Assembly: GCA_030141605.1 (NCBI GenBank)
Contig: JAQGDQ010000105.1
Location: 496,001 to 560,000, forward strand
DNA length: 64,000 nt
Reading direction: 5' to 3'
Origin: Tubiluchus corallicola
Lineage: Eukaryota > Animalia > Priapulida
The translations under genes and the position numbers were made by a program. Within the stretch, counting starts at the first letter, position 1; each line of letters begins with the position of its first letter. Below are positions 44,334 to 56,168 of the stretch, piece by piece. The notes under the pieces are model-generated. The model made no database searches and was not told where the DNA came from. It worked only from the letters and a program-made list of their open reading frames with translations.

Positions 44334-44662
44334 TTGCTTCCTTTTTAGCTGGGCAGTCTTTGCGGGCACTTTCTATCGCTATCAAGGCGCTATAAATATA
44401 GTCTACACGGTACACAGTCTATTAGAATTAGATGTATTTATTTATTTCGGAATTTAATTCGTAGAACACAAATAAATGAATATAAGGATAAAAAACACTA
44501 TAAAATCTAACAAAAACTATTTTACAGTATAATACGCGTGTACGGGTAGGCCCTATGCATTTACAAATAAAATCGCTTTCCATTTAATTTTGACGAAATA
44601 TAAGAATTCAAGCTGTGCCTCAAAAGTTTACTCACAAATAGCATGGGGTAAATGCATACCCA

Positions 44663-44765
44663 ACAGGTGCATGGTAAAAAGTGCACAGGGAAAAATGACA
44701 CAGGAAAACGGGCACAAATGGAAAAAATGAGGACAAAATATTAGTTTCGGGTTAGGGTTATATTG
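44663..44765. repeat. MITE-like fragment with subterminal aaaaa(g/t)gcacagg repeats and gggttagggtta
   Basis: Several degenerate copies of a ~14-bp unit followed by two TTAGGG-like units. Confidence 0.45.
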
Positions 44766-44789
44766 TGTGGATAATTACTTTGTTTATTT

Positions 44790-44990
44790 TTGCCTTTGCC
44801 AAGTAAATTACGGTCCAACTCTGTTTGCTTCTTTGTTTGTTCAGTTGGTTGTTTTTTGTCTATTATACAGCAGTAAGGCTATTACGCAAAAACTGCTTAA
44901 CTGGTTTCCACGAAACTTGGAGAAGGGGTGGAAAGGGGACAAAAAAGATGCCCTTTCAAATTTTTAAATCAGATTTCTAAACAGGGAGAC
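44790..44990 (+). mobile_element. Helentron/HINE-like non-autonomous repeat fragment
   Basis: ttgcctttgccaag, a (tgtt)n tract, then attacgcaaaaactgcttaactggtttccacgaaacttgg, similar to the copy at 55640-56080 (aattacttaaccaatttccacaaaactc). Family assignment is from recalled resemblance only. Confidence 0.4.
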
Positions 44991-45867
44991 TGGTGAAACA
45001 GCCATAATGGGTATTTTTTCACCCATTCTTTTTTTCGTGAGACTTGACCAAACGCCACCTAAAAGAATTCGTGAAGAACTTCGTGGACGTCTCAGAGGGA
45101 GTGTCATAGCTCCTTGGAAATGGGAGAACTTGGCGACAAGATAGGGTGATTGTTTTTTATTAATAATTAATAAATTTTTAATAATTTTTTTAACAAGTCG
45201 CAACATTGAGGTCAATAATAAATCAATAACACAAGTCACATTAATTATGGCATGTCTTTAACTACTTGCCTTACATCGATTAAAATTAAAAACACAAAAT
45301 ATGTGAGAAAAATGTCTTGTTTATGCGTGAAAGTCAATACTTTCATGAAACTCTTATTACCTCCAACATGTGAAACAGGGCTATACTTGTAATTAATATT
45401 ATATTCAGTTGCGTTTTTAAATAAAGATAACAATTTTATGCTAGTTTTCTTTGTCTATGTTCTCCCTTTTCTCCACGAAGCGAAGATTTCAATTTGTATG
45501 ATTCTTGCTCACGTTTTCTAGGTTTCTGTTGAATGTGTTTAACGTTTTTTTCTCACAAAGCACTTAAGTTAATCACATTAGGTTGGCAAATCACTCACTC
45601 GCAATTTTTGGCGAGCACTAGACAGCGTCAGATGAAATCGCTTAGAAAAAACTTCTTGATTGGTGGCCTATACAAAAATTATTTACTAACTTGGCTGTTG
45701 TAATAGTCATATCTCATTGTGATATCTCTCGCTCATTGCTAATAATAATTAGTTTAAACGCACAAATTTTTAAACGGACTAATTGCAGAAAGTTACTTAA
45801 ATAATCATTGTATGTACAGTTTACACGTTTTAAAAAGATGATGAAACAATGTGATTAATATTGGATG

Positions 45868-48800
45868 TTAGAAATGTTTAGTCCGTTTTGTTGCTTGTTT
45901 GTGCATCAAATAGTTTACTTTTGAATGCAGCTTATTTATGCGTTTATCAGTAAGCTCGTTATTGTGTATAATATAGGTAACAAGATCTATCAGAAACTTG
46001 ATTTGCTCTTCAGTTAGTGGTGTAAGAAGGCACATGTCCGGATCGTCTCCGAAAAGTGGGCAGGTACTCGGAGAGATAAACGTTGCACCACCAAACACAT
46101 CAATATCTTCTTCAACCCAGCTGATGAGGTCTCCTCCGGAGTTAAAACAAGTGGTCGCCATTTCGCCTGCAAAGTAAATGGGTTACAAAGGTTTAGCCCA
46201 CTAAATGTTCAGTACAGTTTTTTATAGGCCAGAAATTTGCAAACACTGTTACAAAGTTATAGCAGAACTTCGTCTTTTAAATTCAAATTTCTAACGAGTT
46301 AGGAAATTATTCGTGGTTATATAGGACAGGAACATTATAGAACCATTATACAGGAACTTACTTATTTGAGCGGCTGTTAAAACCGTAGTACTTAAGATGA
46401 TATCTGTAACACTTCCAGCAAAACTTTGTGAGGAAGTAAAACCACCGCCGACACTATCCTGTTCTTGTCCAACTAGCAAACTTCCGCCGCTGACAATATT
46501 TTCAGTACCTAACATCCCGAAGTCTAAAGCATATTGTGTAATATCAACAACAGCATGCAAAGTCATGAAAGGCATAGAAGCAGAATGAACTTTTATAGAT
46601 AAGACAGTCTATAAATTATTCCATTATTACACATATTACAAAAATCAATAGAGGTCTTAGATGAAGGTGCATGTGATTTGTCACGTAATCGTCATTAATC
46701 ATAATCATCTTTGATCACTGAACGGGTCATCTAGCATGGTCTTGTAGCTTGCTGTATGCAGCTCGAAAATGACAGCTCAGTACTGTGACACAAAAATAAA
46801 AAAAGAATAACCTTGCGTAATTTACTTTTTTTTTAAATTGTGCAATAATTTTCATTATTGTTATATAACAATAGTTAACATTTACTAGTGTAGAAACTTA
46901 ACATTTACCAATTAAATTTCCATTCAAATATATTTCGTACGAACCAGGGGATCCTCCAACCCACACTGCACATAAATGATGCCAACTGCCGTCTTTTAAA
47001 GTTGTTCCCAGGCCAGAAATTGTACTGCAAAATATTAATTGAGGGCAGTTAAATACCAATATGGCGAAGCTGCAATAAAAAGGGCAAGCACTCCAATTTT
47101 GAAGGTTGCTGCTCGATGGAATTTCGTTAACACAAAGCTTGGTAAAAAAAGACATTCTTAGTACCAGTACACTACATTTTGTTTAAGGCTTTAACTTAAT
47201 ATTACGGTGTTACAGACAAATAATTCTTTACGTCATTGACCGTCTGTGGCGCGCTGCCCAGCCTCAAACTTCTTGAATATATTCAAGAATACATCAATCT
47301 TTTATTGTGCATTAATTAGTTAGTTTAATAATACATACTCATTGTCACCGCGATGCACGGCCTTCGAGAATGAAGATGGTAATGATAGTTATAATTTGTT
47401 ATATGACATCAGTATGTCAGTTTCCAGTCTAAGGGGTGTTTCTGAGGAAACAGTTATTCACAAAATATTATCATTAAATCCGTTTTTCGTTAATGTGTCA
47501 TTTAGAAAGCCATTCATTATTGTCATATGTCCATGTTTTCGTAAAAATTTTGAATACAGAGTAACTTTCCTGTAACGTCACCATATACAAACTAGGTAAA
47601 AAATATTACATTAACAACTGCGAGAATGAAAACGAAGCCGACATTACAGTGAAATAGACTACTTTAAGTTAAGGTATTTCTACTACGGATGGTGACGTAA
47701 GTTGATCAAATGCATTTATATTATTTCAATAAGTGCATCGTGAGTCTACCAAATGGAAGACATTCATGACACGGTATAGCACCACCGTGACAGGTTAGTT
47801 AGTCCAACGTAAAACAAAATAATCAGAGACTTGACGTTGACAAACAAGGAAAATTAAAACTAACACATACAAAAGAATCAAGAAACAAAAGGGAAAAAGA
47901 GAGAAGATGACGTGCGGACTACATCTGCAAATTATAATAATGAACAAATGCAGAAACAACTTTAATTCTAAACAAGTCACTTAATTATGGAAAATGCCTT
48001 AGTAAATGAAATTCAGTAACAGAAATTTAATCACTATCAAAATTGTAAACTGCACGAGAACATGCCTGTATACCTTTATTGAAAAGTGAACAGTGTGTTA
48101 CGACTCGATAGACACATAACTATTTACTTACACATCATCATTATTTATAAAAAACCGAAGATTGGCACCGTTTATGAAAAGCAATATAGCATTGGAGTTT
48201 CCCGGTACAGCATAAGACAACAGCGCTGCATCATTCACTGGATCTACTGTCACCCACTGCAAACAGATTGACATCATTATGACCTAGATATGAGCCTAGC
48301 TGCAAGTGGAACTAACTTAAATATTACATTTTAACAAATGGAGTTTAGTCTTCTCTCGTTTTTCATGCAGAAAAAGCTCGAGACAGAACGTTTTTTGAGA
48401 TTGATAATCGTAAAGTAAATAGCGGACTTATTTCCCCTAAATTGTTGCTATCGCCATCGCCATTGTCGCCGTTGTTATTTATTATTACTATTACTATTAT
48501 TATGTCTACTATTGTTATTACTAATGGTTTGTTCATAAAGTACATGGAACTTTACTAAATTACTAAAAGAACAGGTCCAGCGCCTACACTATTCGGTACT
48601 GTACGTCACAATAATCGAAGTGTACAACTGAAGTTCAACTACAGGTTACATAAATCACAAAATATGTCGCTCTGTGGTTTTACTGCTACGTTCTTACCTG
48701 GCAAGAAGTGAACTGGGTAATTGCACTTGTCGGTGAATCAAACAAAATGTAATCGGTAATACCTTGGGCTGGAAAGTCTACCATGAAGCTATCTGCTAAC

Positions 48801-51800
48801 TCGCAGGCTTCTAATGATGCTGAAAATCACAAAATAAATTAAATGTATTTGTAGCGACCAAATGCATATGGGCCACCACAGCCTGGCATTGGCAGTTAAT
48901 AGGATGTTACGCGTAAATAATACAATTACATTTGTAAATTGGGCGCTAATGTTTCGTCTGAAATCGACTGAAGTTCATGCACAATTATTAGGTCTACACA
49001 GCAGATGGTTAACGAAACATAAGTCATGACAGTAGCACAGAATTCACAAAACCAGAAGCTGTGTAGTCTAATAACAAATGTAAAAGCACTGTGAAACAAA
49101 CTTTGTGCAAATTCTATACGATTGCTACTTCCGCAAAAAACTTTGTCTAAAAGAATGAAATTGAAACATTTCATTCTTTAAGTTTTTTGAAACATAATCG
49201 AAGCTTAATATGGTGAATTTTACTAATCCTGAACATTTTTATTGGTAGTCTCAAATTTTTACTTTTAAACTCGCTGATTGCAAAACTTTATTGCAGAAAT
49301 GTCCTGCATGAACGTATTTATAAAAGATTTCAGGATTATTGACGCAGATAAAAAATTCAGTCAATTACCTATTCTGCGTTAGGTATCGAATGTATTTTTT
49401 GTTGTTTGTGACTTGTTATGCCGCCCAAAGTACGCAATGAAAGCACAAAATTTTGTCTTCCGATTCTGTTAAAATATGATTTCAGAATCATATACAGTCA
49501 AGAAAAAAGATGAGCCAAAATCGAGATTGTTACTTTTGAGATATATGCATAAATCCAAGATGGCGTCTGTTCAAAACCAAAATTCCGATATTCTAAACCA
49601 TAGAGCCTGGATGGAAAATATATATTATTTACTGATAGGAAAGTGCACCAAAGGAGAATTCGAAAAATGTTGTCATTTTTAATTCATGTCATCATACCAT
49701 TATGACGCTTTCAAGAACCTCATTGCTTCGTTGTGGTTGAAAATGAGACACTGGAATAGACCTATATCTTTCAAATTTCCGAATCATTAGAAAAAGTATT
49801 CCTGAAAGTATTTACATGTTTGCTCCATGGAAATAGTAACTTTTGGCTAGTGTCTTGTTAAACTCATGATATTTTTATAGTACATGTAAAGAATTTTATA
49901 ATTTACATCTTTTGCTTCTGTGTTCTATTAAACCCCGCTTACATACAGTTTTCAGCGGTGCAATTAAAAACTGGCAAAATCTGTGAATAACTAAAGTCTA
50001 TGAGAGTGCATAGACATATGCAACTAAAAATTGTGCAATTAAAAATTGCAATCTGGGCTGAAACTTTTAATTGCGCAACTGTTTTGTAATGTACTGTTTT
50101 CGAAGAGAGCGTGCAGACATGCAATTAATGATTGTCCACTTTTAATCAAAACGCACTAGTCAAGCGCGAGAAAAACAGTGTCTATGAAGACTCACCATTA
50201 AACATACAAAAAAAGAGAAAAAAGAAAAACAAACTAACGGTCACAAATTCAGAAAATGGAGATCAAAATACGAAATTTTGAAATGCGAACACATCTCAAT
50301 GCTATGAACACATTTCTACTGCTGCTGCTGACTACTGTATCGTATACGTGCATCAGACAGCTCCCATACATTAGAAGAATACGAACTTAAAGAACTTTAA
50401 ACTGTGTGAACTGTAAAACGCATACTGCATATTTAAGCATTTCATATTAGTTTGTATCATTCCTTAACAATTAAATTTTGATATGAATATTCTCAATTAG
50501 CTGTTTTCTTTGCTTCTTGTATTGTAACTGGTATGTAAAATATTACAAAAAGTATAAATAATATGCGTATGCAATAAACTGCATATTTCATTCGTTATTC
50601 CATTTATCAATTTTAAGCAGGTTTTGTGCCCAAGATAAAGTGTGCTTATTACAGTGCCGCACGAGTTTAGAAATTTGTGTAGGTAGAACCATTTAAAACG
50701 ACTGTACAAACTCGCACAGAAATAATTTAATATCAACATAGGCTTAACCATGATGTAGCATGTAGCAAAGTCACCTAGATTTATCTCACTGTTGCTTTTT
50801 CTGCAGCTGATGTTCCTATACACGATGAGTTGTCAATAATACTCCATAGTTCATCAAAACTATTTGTACTCTACTCTAAAGTGCCCGTAAATCGTTAAAG
50901 AACTTGTAAAATCGCTCTTTCAGTAAGCGCTGACTATTTATTGGGTGGGCCCAATTAATAATGCATAAATATAAGCACGTCCTCAAGCTTCACACCGTCA
51001 GTTGCACAATGCTTGCGCGCCCGATTTTGGTACACCAGAAAAATTGCTGCAATTTTCAGATGTGCAACTTTTACTTGTGCAACTGAAAACTGCATGTCTG
51101 CGCTGGGCCTTATAGGTGCGTTTACTATACGTTATACTGAACACAAATGTGTATAAATATTTCAAGTACAAACGAGTTATAAATGTCAACAGTACGTTCA
51201 AGCTAGAATGAACTTATTACAGAGATTAAGTTGTATTGCATGCTTATAGCTACTGTTACATTTTAATATGACGGATGAAGAACTAACGTCTCTTTTATTG
51301 CATGGTAGTACTAACCCAAACGTTGCTATAAATTGTGAAGTTTTCAAAATGTTTAGCAATATAATAATGATGCAAAATTTAAATTAATATATACACTAAT
51401 GTACACCGTTGTTCTGAGCGTCTCTAGTGGAGGATCTCCTTATCAGTTGCAAAAACTTTTGATCCGAGCCTAATATACTATGTTGAAAATTAAACAAAAT
51501 ACGTTTTTATTGATATTTGCATTAAAATTAAAACAAAAGTTACAGCTGTAAAATTGAAGCTTTATCAACTGACTTAAAAATATTAATCAATTTAATAAAA
51601 ATTGTTTTTTGTTTGCTGTTTTGTGTTAACTTTTTACGGTTTCGTGTTAATTTTTTTGACGCTCTTTAAAACTTGCCTTGCGTGAAGACGGTTTGCGAAG
51701 CCAGAATCTCTTGCTTTTTCTCTGCATCCTTTTCTATTTCCTCTTCCAGTTGCCGAACTTTATTTTTCCTTCGGAGATGCCGATTTTGTTTTATTAACGC

Positions 51801-54317
51801 TTTCAGACTCTGTTGGTCGAGGGACTTTGCAATTGCTGCCTTTGTATCTAAAATGTAAGAAAGTCCTTAGGATCTGTGCAGTTTTAACTTAAAATTTGCC
51901 AGATTTTCAGGCATAATTGATTGATCGGCATCTTGTTATTACTCGTGTCAATACAGCATGTTATCCGCAAGCATAACGCCGTGATCGTGTCTACAACTCA
52001 CTATATCTGGTTGAGTGTGGTTAATTTATGTCAACACTTGTATTATGCTCAAGTGTGACTAACCAGTGTGCACAGTGTTCGTGACTCAAGCTCTAGGAGA
52101 GATCCTTTGACAAAAGCCACTGCTCACGACACCATTTTCAATGCCCCTACCCAAGGTGTATACCCAGCGAGTTTCGTGTGTCTAGCCCTCTGCGTTTGCA
52201 AGTTCATATGAAATATAGATGGATGTCATAATTTTCACATTTTGGCTCCTGTTTTGGGCTCTTAAATAATCCGTTTTACCTTTTGCCTAAGCCCTTACCT
52301 CAGCTTCTTCCCTGCAGGTTTCGTGACTCTACTTACTATAGTTTTACAGTTATTCAGTGTTACGCATTTTTGGCTCCTATCTCGGGCTCTTAAAGAATTG
52401 TGCAGCAACTACGTCGCCATACCTAAATACTCCTGGAAAAAAACAGATTATAGAAATTTTACGCAAGTTTTGTATCATTCCTAGCTGGTACCCACAATTT
52501 GCATACAGTGAGAATTACTTGTGATCTACTGGTGATCTACTTTGTAAAATGTGTGTTTTAAGTCACGTTGAAACCATTACTCCTACAAGAAGCGCCACCT
52601 ACCAAGATGGCGCCTAGTGGTGCTTGTCCGATCAATTCTCTATCCAGTGATGTGCTGCACAGCCGCCATCGCCACAAGGCTGCTACGCTACGCCCGTTTT
52701 TCTGAACAAATGTCGGTACCATACATATATATAGCAGGTATCGACAAGGTTTCCTTTAAACGCCCTCTGAACAGAAACCACGAGCCGTATATCATTGGAT
52801 TCGCAATGAAACACAAAAGCCTACGCACTGCGTTTAAGTCGCAAGTAGAGTTTCATTTAGCCACTCGCAAGTAGAGTTTCATTTGGCTACAACACTACAA
52901 TAATTCGGATGTCTGGTCGAAAATTTGACATTCAGGACTGCTGTTATTTTCGTTTTACGATCTTTAGTTTCCGAGATACCCATCTTTTTGGAATAACTCA
53001 AAAATTAGACAGTGCTACCTGACTAAATTTGGTGCTTGTAGCTAGGGTAGAGTGCCATCTTAGCGTGTAATTTAGGGTCGTGACCCTTTGACCCGCTTGA
53101 GTTATGACCCAATAATCGTCAAAATATGTCCATTTTGATAAACCATTACTCCTACAAGAAGCACCACCTATCCAAACGAAAAAAAACAAGAAATGTACCA
53201 TGCCTTGGCTATATCATGCACGTCACGGACCACCCCCCCCCCCATAAATTCCTGACTACGTGCCTGGTTCCCATAATCCGCAATTCTACAAAACCAAACC
53301 TTGTTAAGAAAAAAACTTTTTCCTAGAAATTGTTAAATAGATAGATAGAAATCTATTTTTACACTAAGAGAGCTATTTTGTTGATTAGCAAAAATCAATT
53401 AATAACTCGTACCAATTCTAAAAACCTTAGCTGAGTCATCTCCACCTTCTGAGGGTGATTTGGAATTTCCATAGTACACATGATGTGATCCCATCTTGTT
53501 ATTATTGTTGTACGAACCATAGCCCGACGCAGATGCAGTTGTTAATACAAACAACAAAAGAGCTGATATGGAAACTAGAGCAGGAAAAACCTATAATAGA
53601 AAATAAGGTGAAAGTCCGAGTCAATGTTCTCGAATTTTCTAGAATTATGAAATGATGCTAAAGCTGCGTTTGGCGCAAATCAGTATTAATCGATGATAGA
53701 TTTACTCAGATCTCTTTACTGAACTCCATTCATTCCTTTTTTCTTTCTTTCTTTCCTTTCTTATTTACTCGTTTGTTCGTTCGTTCGGTCGCTTGTTTGT
53801 TCATTCGTTCGTTCATTCATTCACTCACTTATTTGTTCAGTTAGTCATTAATTTATTTATTCGCTTCGGTATTAGTCTTTTTGTAGCCAAAGGAATCAAT
53901 ATGATATCATATGATAGCACTCATTTCACATAACATTGTAATGATAAATGACATGACATAGCATTGCTTTTTTACATTTTTATGACATCTTCACTACTCA
54001 TTTTAAGTCAGTTTCTATATCAGCTTAATAAATGTTAATTATTATACATTCATTTATTAATACTGAATATTAATTAATATTAGCTTAATTAATACTAATA
54101 AGAGGCTTTGAAAAAATTATTTTGGCTGCTCGCTTTTCAGTCAATTTTCCCATAACCGTAATTGTCATACATTGAAAAAAAAGCTTTCTGTAGAACAGGA
54201 TGAAAATTTCTGTATCAGCATTGTGCAGAGAAAATAATAATCTGATCTTCTTAATTACTAAATTCGTTGGTAAATTATAAAGTACAGTTAACTTACCAGA
54301 AAACTTCCCATCTTCAT
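45868..54317 (-). CDS. Secreted long pentraxin: signal peptide, coiled-coil N-terminal region, pentraxin domain and C-terminal helical extension
   Basis: Phase-consistent exons 54317-54297, 53590-53413, 51847-51677 (GC donor), 51469-51407, 48819-48698, 48256-48132, 47024-46909, 46523-46362, 46166-45868. Signal peptide MKMGSFLVFPALVSISALLLFVLTTASA. Pentraxin motifs FTSCQW, LLSYA, DGSWHHLCAVW, YLNG, GGSLLVGQEQDSVGGGF..SQSFAG, GDLISW. The pentraxin exons are secure; linkage of the four upstream exons is inferred from phase compatibility. Confidence 0.8.
49931..51109 (-). mobile_element. Decayed PIF/Harbinger element with transposase remnant in a pentraxin intron
   Basis: TTA on both flanks (49928-49930, 51110-51112). 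Imperfect TIRs share aca(t)(a/g)cagttttcag. The minus-strand remnant WAHPINSQRLLKERFYKFFNDLR...SFDELWSII...SAAEKATVR (about 50953-50780) resembles the Harbinger transposase N-terminus. Confidence 0.7.
52570..53172. repeat. Repeat-derived segment with ~30-bp direct repeats and an internal 26-bp tandem duplication
   Basis: aaaccattactcctacaagaagc(g/a)ccaccta occurs near 52571 and 53140. tcgcaagtagagtttcattt is duplicated near 52839 and 52865. Confidence 0.7.
53730..53870. repeat. Degenerate (TTCN)n tetranucleotide microsatellite
   Basis: Runs of ttct, ttcg and ttca. Confidence 0.8.
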
Positions 54318-55639
54318 CTTTATCAAGAGATAGAATAGTAGTATCACACACTGTATCTTTCAATAATTTTTTCAAAAATTAACGCTGACTTATCCACACT
54401 CCACAGCATAGATCTTGCGAATTCTACTGCAATACTAAAAATTATGTATAATTTCTTGTACAGGGTATGAAAAAACTAAATTGTGTCACAGTTATAGCAA
54501 AATCTAAGTCTAGTGATACTAATAGCCAAGTCTAGTGAAAATCCCTTATAAACATCCGAGAGGGCACGACTCTCAGTTACACTACCTATTATCATGGACG
54601 TAGAGCTGTTTGCATAAAAACTAAGATGGTAAACTTATGTCAGTTATATTACGGCTACTGTGTTCGGTGGCCTGAATTTTACTGGTCAACTGGTAAAATT
54701 TGTAATTATACGTTAAGAGCACTAAATAACGCTGTGAAATAACCAGTCATTCGTAATAATTGTGAGAAACATATGAGAAACGTGAAATAACTGAAAAGTC
54801 CCACTTTTTTGTAAGTGGACTTGGTGTTTTTGAAAAACACACACTTAGGGTGAAATGTGTCAGTGTAAAACTAAACCTGTAAACCATGGGTACAATGAAA
54901 CATGAAAAGAAGAGAACATAAATTTAAACTTGAATCTTTACATATTTACAAAATGACTAAGAGCAATATTAAACAATTTAAAATGTTTATACGCGAATTC
55001 TACATTATTGTGTTGATGAGATTGATTTTCAAACCTCCACATCATTAGCGTTTTTAATTTTGCTTTGAATGAAGTTTGTGATTTATACGTTTGATTCCAA
55101 GTGGCGAATTCAACAGCTGTATATTTTGTTTAGATGTATTAGTGTAGTGTTTTTTATAAACATCTGTCCTCCCTAAAAATGACAAAATTCTGATATTTCT
55201 TCATTGCAAAGATAATTTTTAAAGAGAAGAACTGGAAGAATAATTAATAAATATTCTACAATAAAAAATAAATCGCCACAACTTTTCAGTGGATACTGTG
55301 AAATTTTTCAGAAAAGTTAAAAAAGAGCAAAATTCTACTACGAAAATGCACTTGTATTAAATTTTGTTGAAATAAATACTCAATTTATAAAATTTTTGAC
55401 TCCAAATATCCCAGAAAGAAAGAATATGAAAAAATGGAACTGAGCCTCCACTTGAGGTAGCACATTTGAGATTAGACCGATCATTAATGAATTATTTAGC
55501 ATAAACTTATGAATAATCATGTGCTAAATGTTGTTTACCACATTAGAACGCTTGCATGCGCAATTAACCGATTATATCGGAAGGAAGAAATGTGAAGTTT
55601 ATATTGAAGCTTCCTCGAAGTAAATTTTATTATAGAAAT

Positions 55640-56080
55640 TACTATCTCCAGCAAGGAGGTTATGCTTTCATCGCCATCTTTTTGTTTTTTCTCTGCTTGT
55701 TAATTATATTATTAATTATAATGCAGCCGGGCGCACAACGTTATGACTAGTGTGACTTTTATGCTGAATGTCTGTTTAACTGTTTGTCTTTTTTCGTAAG
55801 TCGTAAATTTTGAAACTCTCCGTATAAGTTAGCATGATTAGGGTACATAAATTACTTAACCAATTTCCACAAAACTCTAGTGGGTGGTATAGGATAAGGA
55901 ACAATTTATTAAATTCAAGGAATCCATGGATTCCTAGATCAGTTATGTTCAGTTTTTAATTTGATATGTTATTAATTTAGTCATTAAAAAATTGACATAA
56001 ATTCACTGCTGATATCAGCTAGAGTGTCTGCAAAATGAATTTCGTGAGAAGAATCACAGTCTTCATGCATGGCTGCTTCT
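55640..56080 (+). mobile_element. Helentron/HINE-like non-autonomous repeat
   Basis: Starts tactatctccagcaaggaggttatgctttcatcg, resembling the recalled attacctccgccaaggaggttatgttttc family, and shares a core with 44790-44990. Confidence 0.45.
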
Positions 56081-56089
56081 ATGTGTATA

Positions 56090-56118
56090 TCTGTATAATT
56101 AATTTCGCTGGTATGTTT

Positions 56119-56168
<50 letters not shown>

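Noticed and set aside
44266-44415. N-terminal extension of SSR3 suggested by the 95-aa ORF
   Set aside because: Homology begins at MAPSKK (44265); the upstream part is promoter or UTR.
44749-44760. Telomere-like gggttagggtta
   Set aside because: Only about two units, embedded in a MITE-like repeat; not an interstitial telomere array.
49369-49465. Exon-like segment with AG and GTAATT ends inside the pentraxin intron
   Set aside because: 97 nt with a stop in every frame; not coding. It could at most be a poison exon, for which there is no evidence.
50197-50240. Hydrophobic FVTVSLFFFFLFFCMFN stretch ending at a phase-1 GTGAGT donor
   Set aside because: Poly-T tract inside the Harbinger element, with an in-frame stop shortly upstream and no phase-compatible acceptor.
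54085-54375. EF-hand-like DKDEDGKFS in the ORF track
   Set aside because: Wrong frame. The same bases read ATG AAG ATG GGA AGT TTT CTG|gtaagt (MKMGSFL), which splices in frame to the signal-peptide exon.
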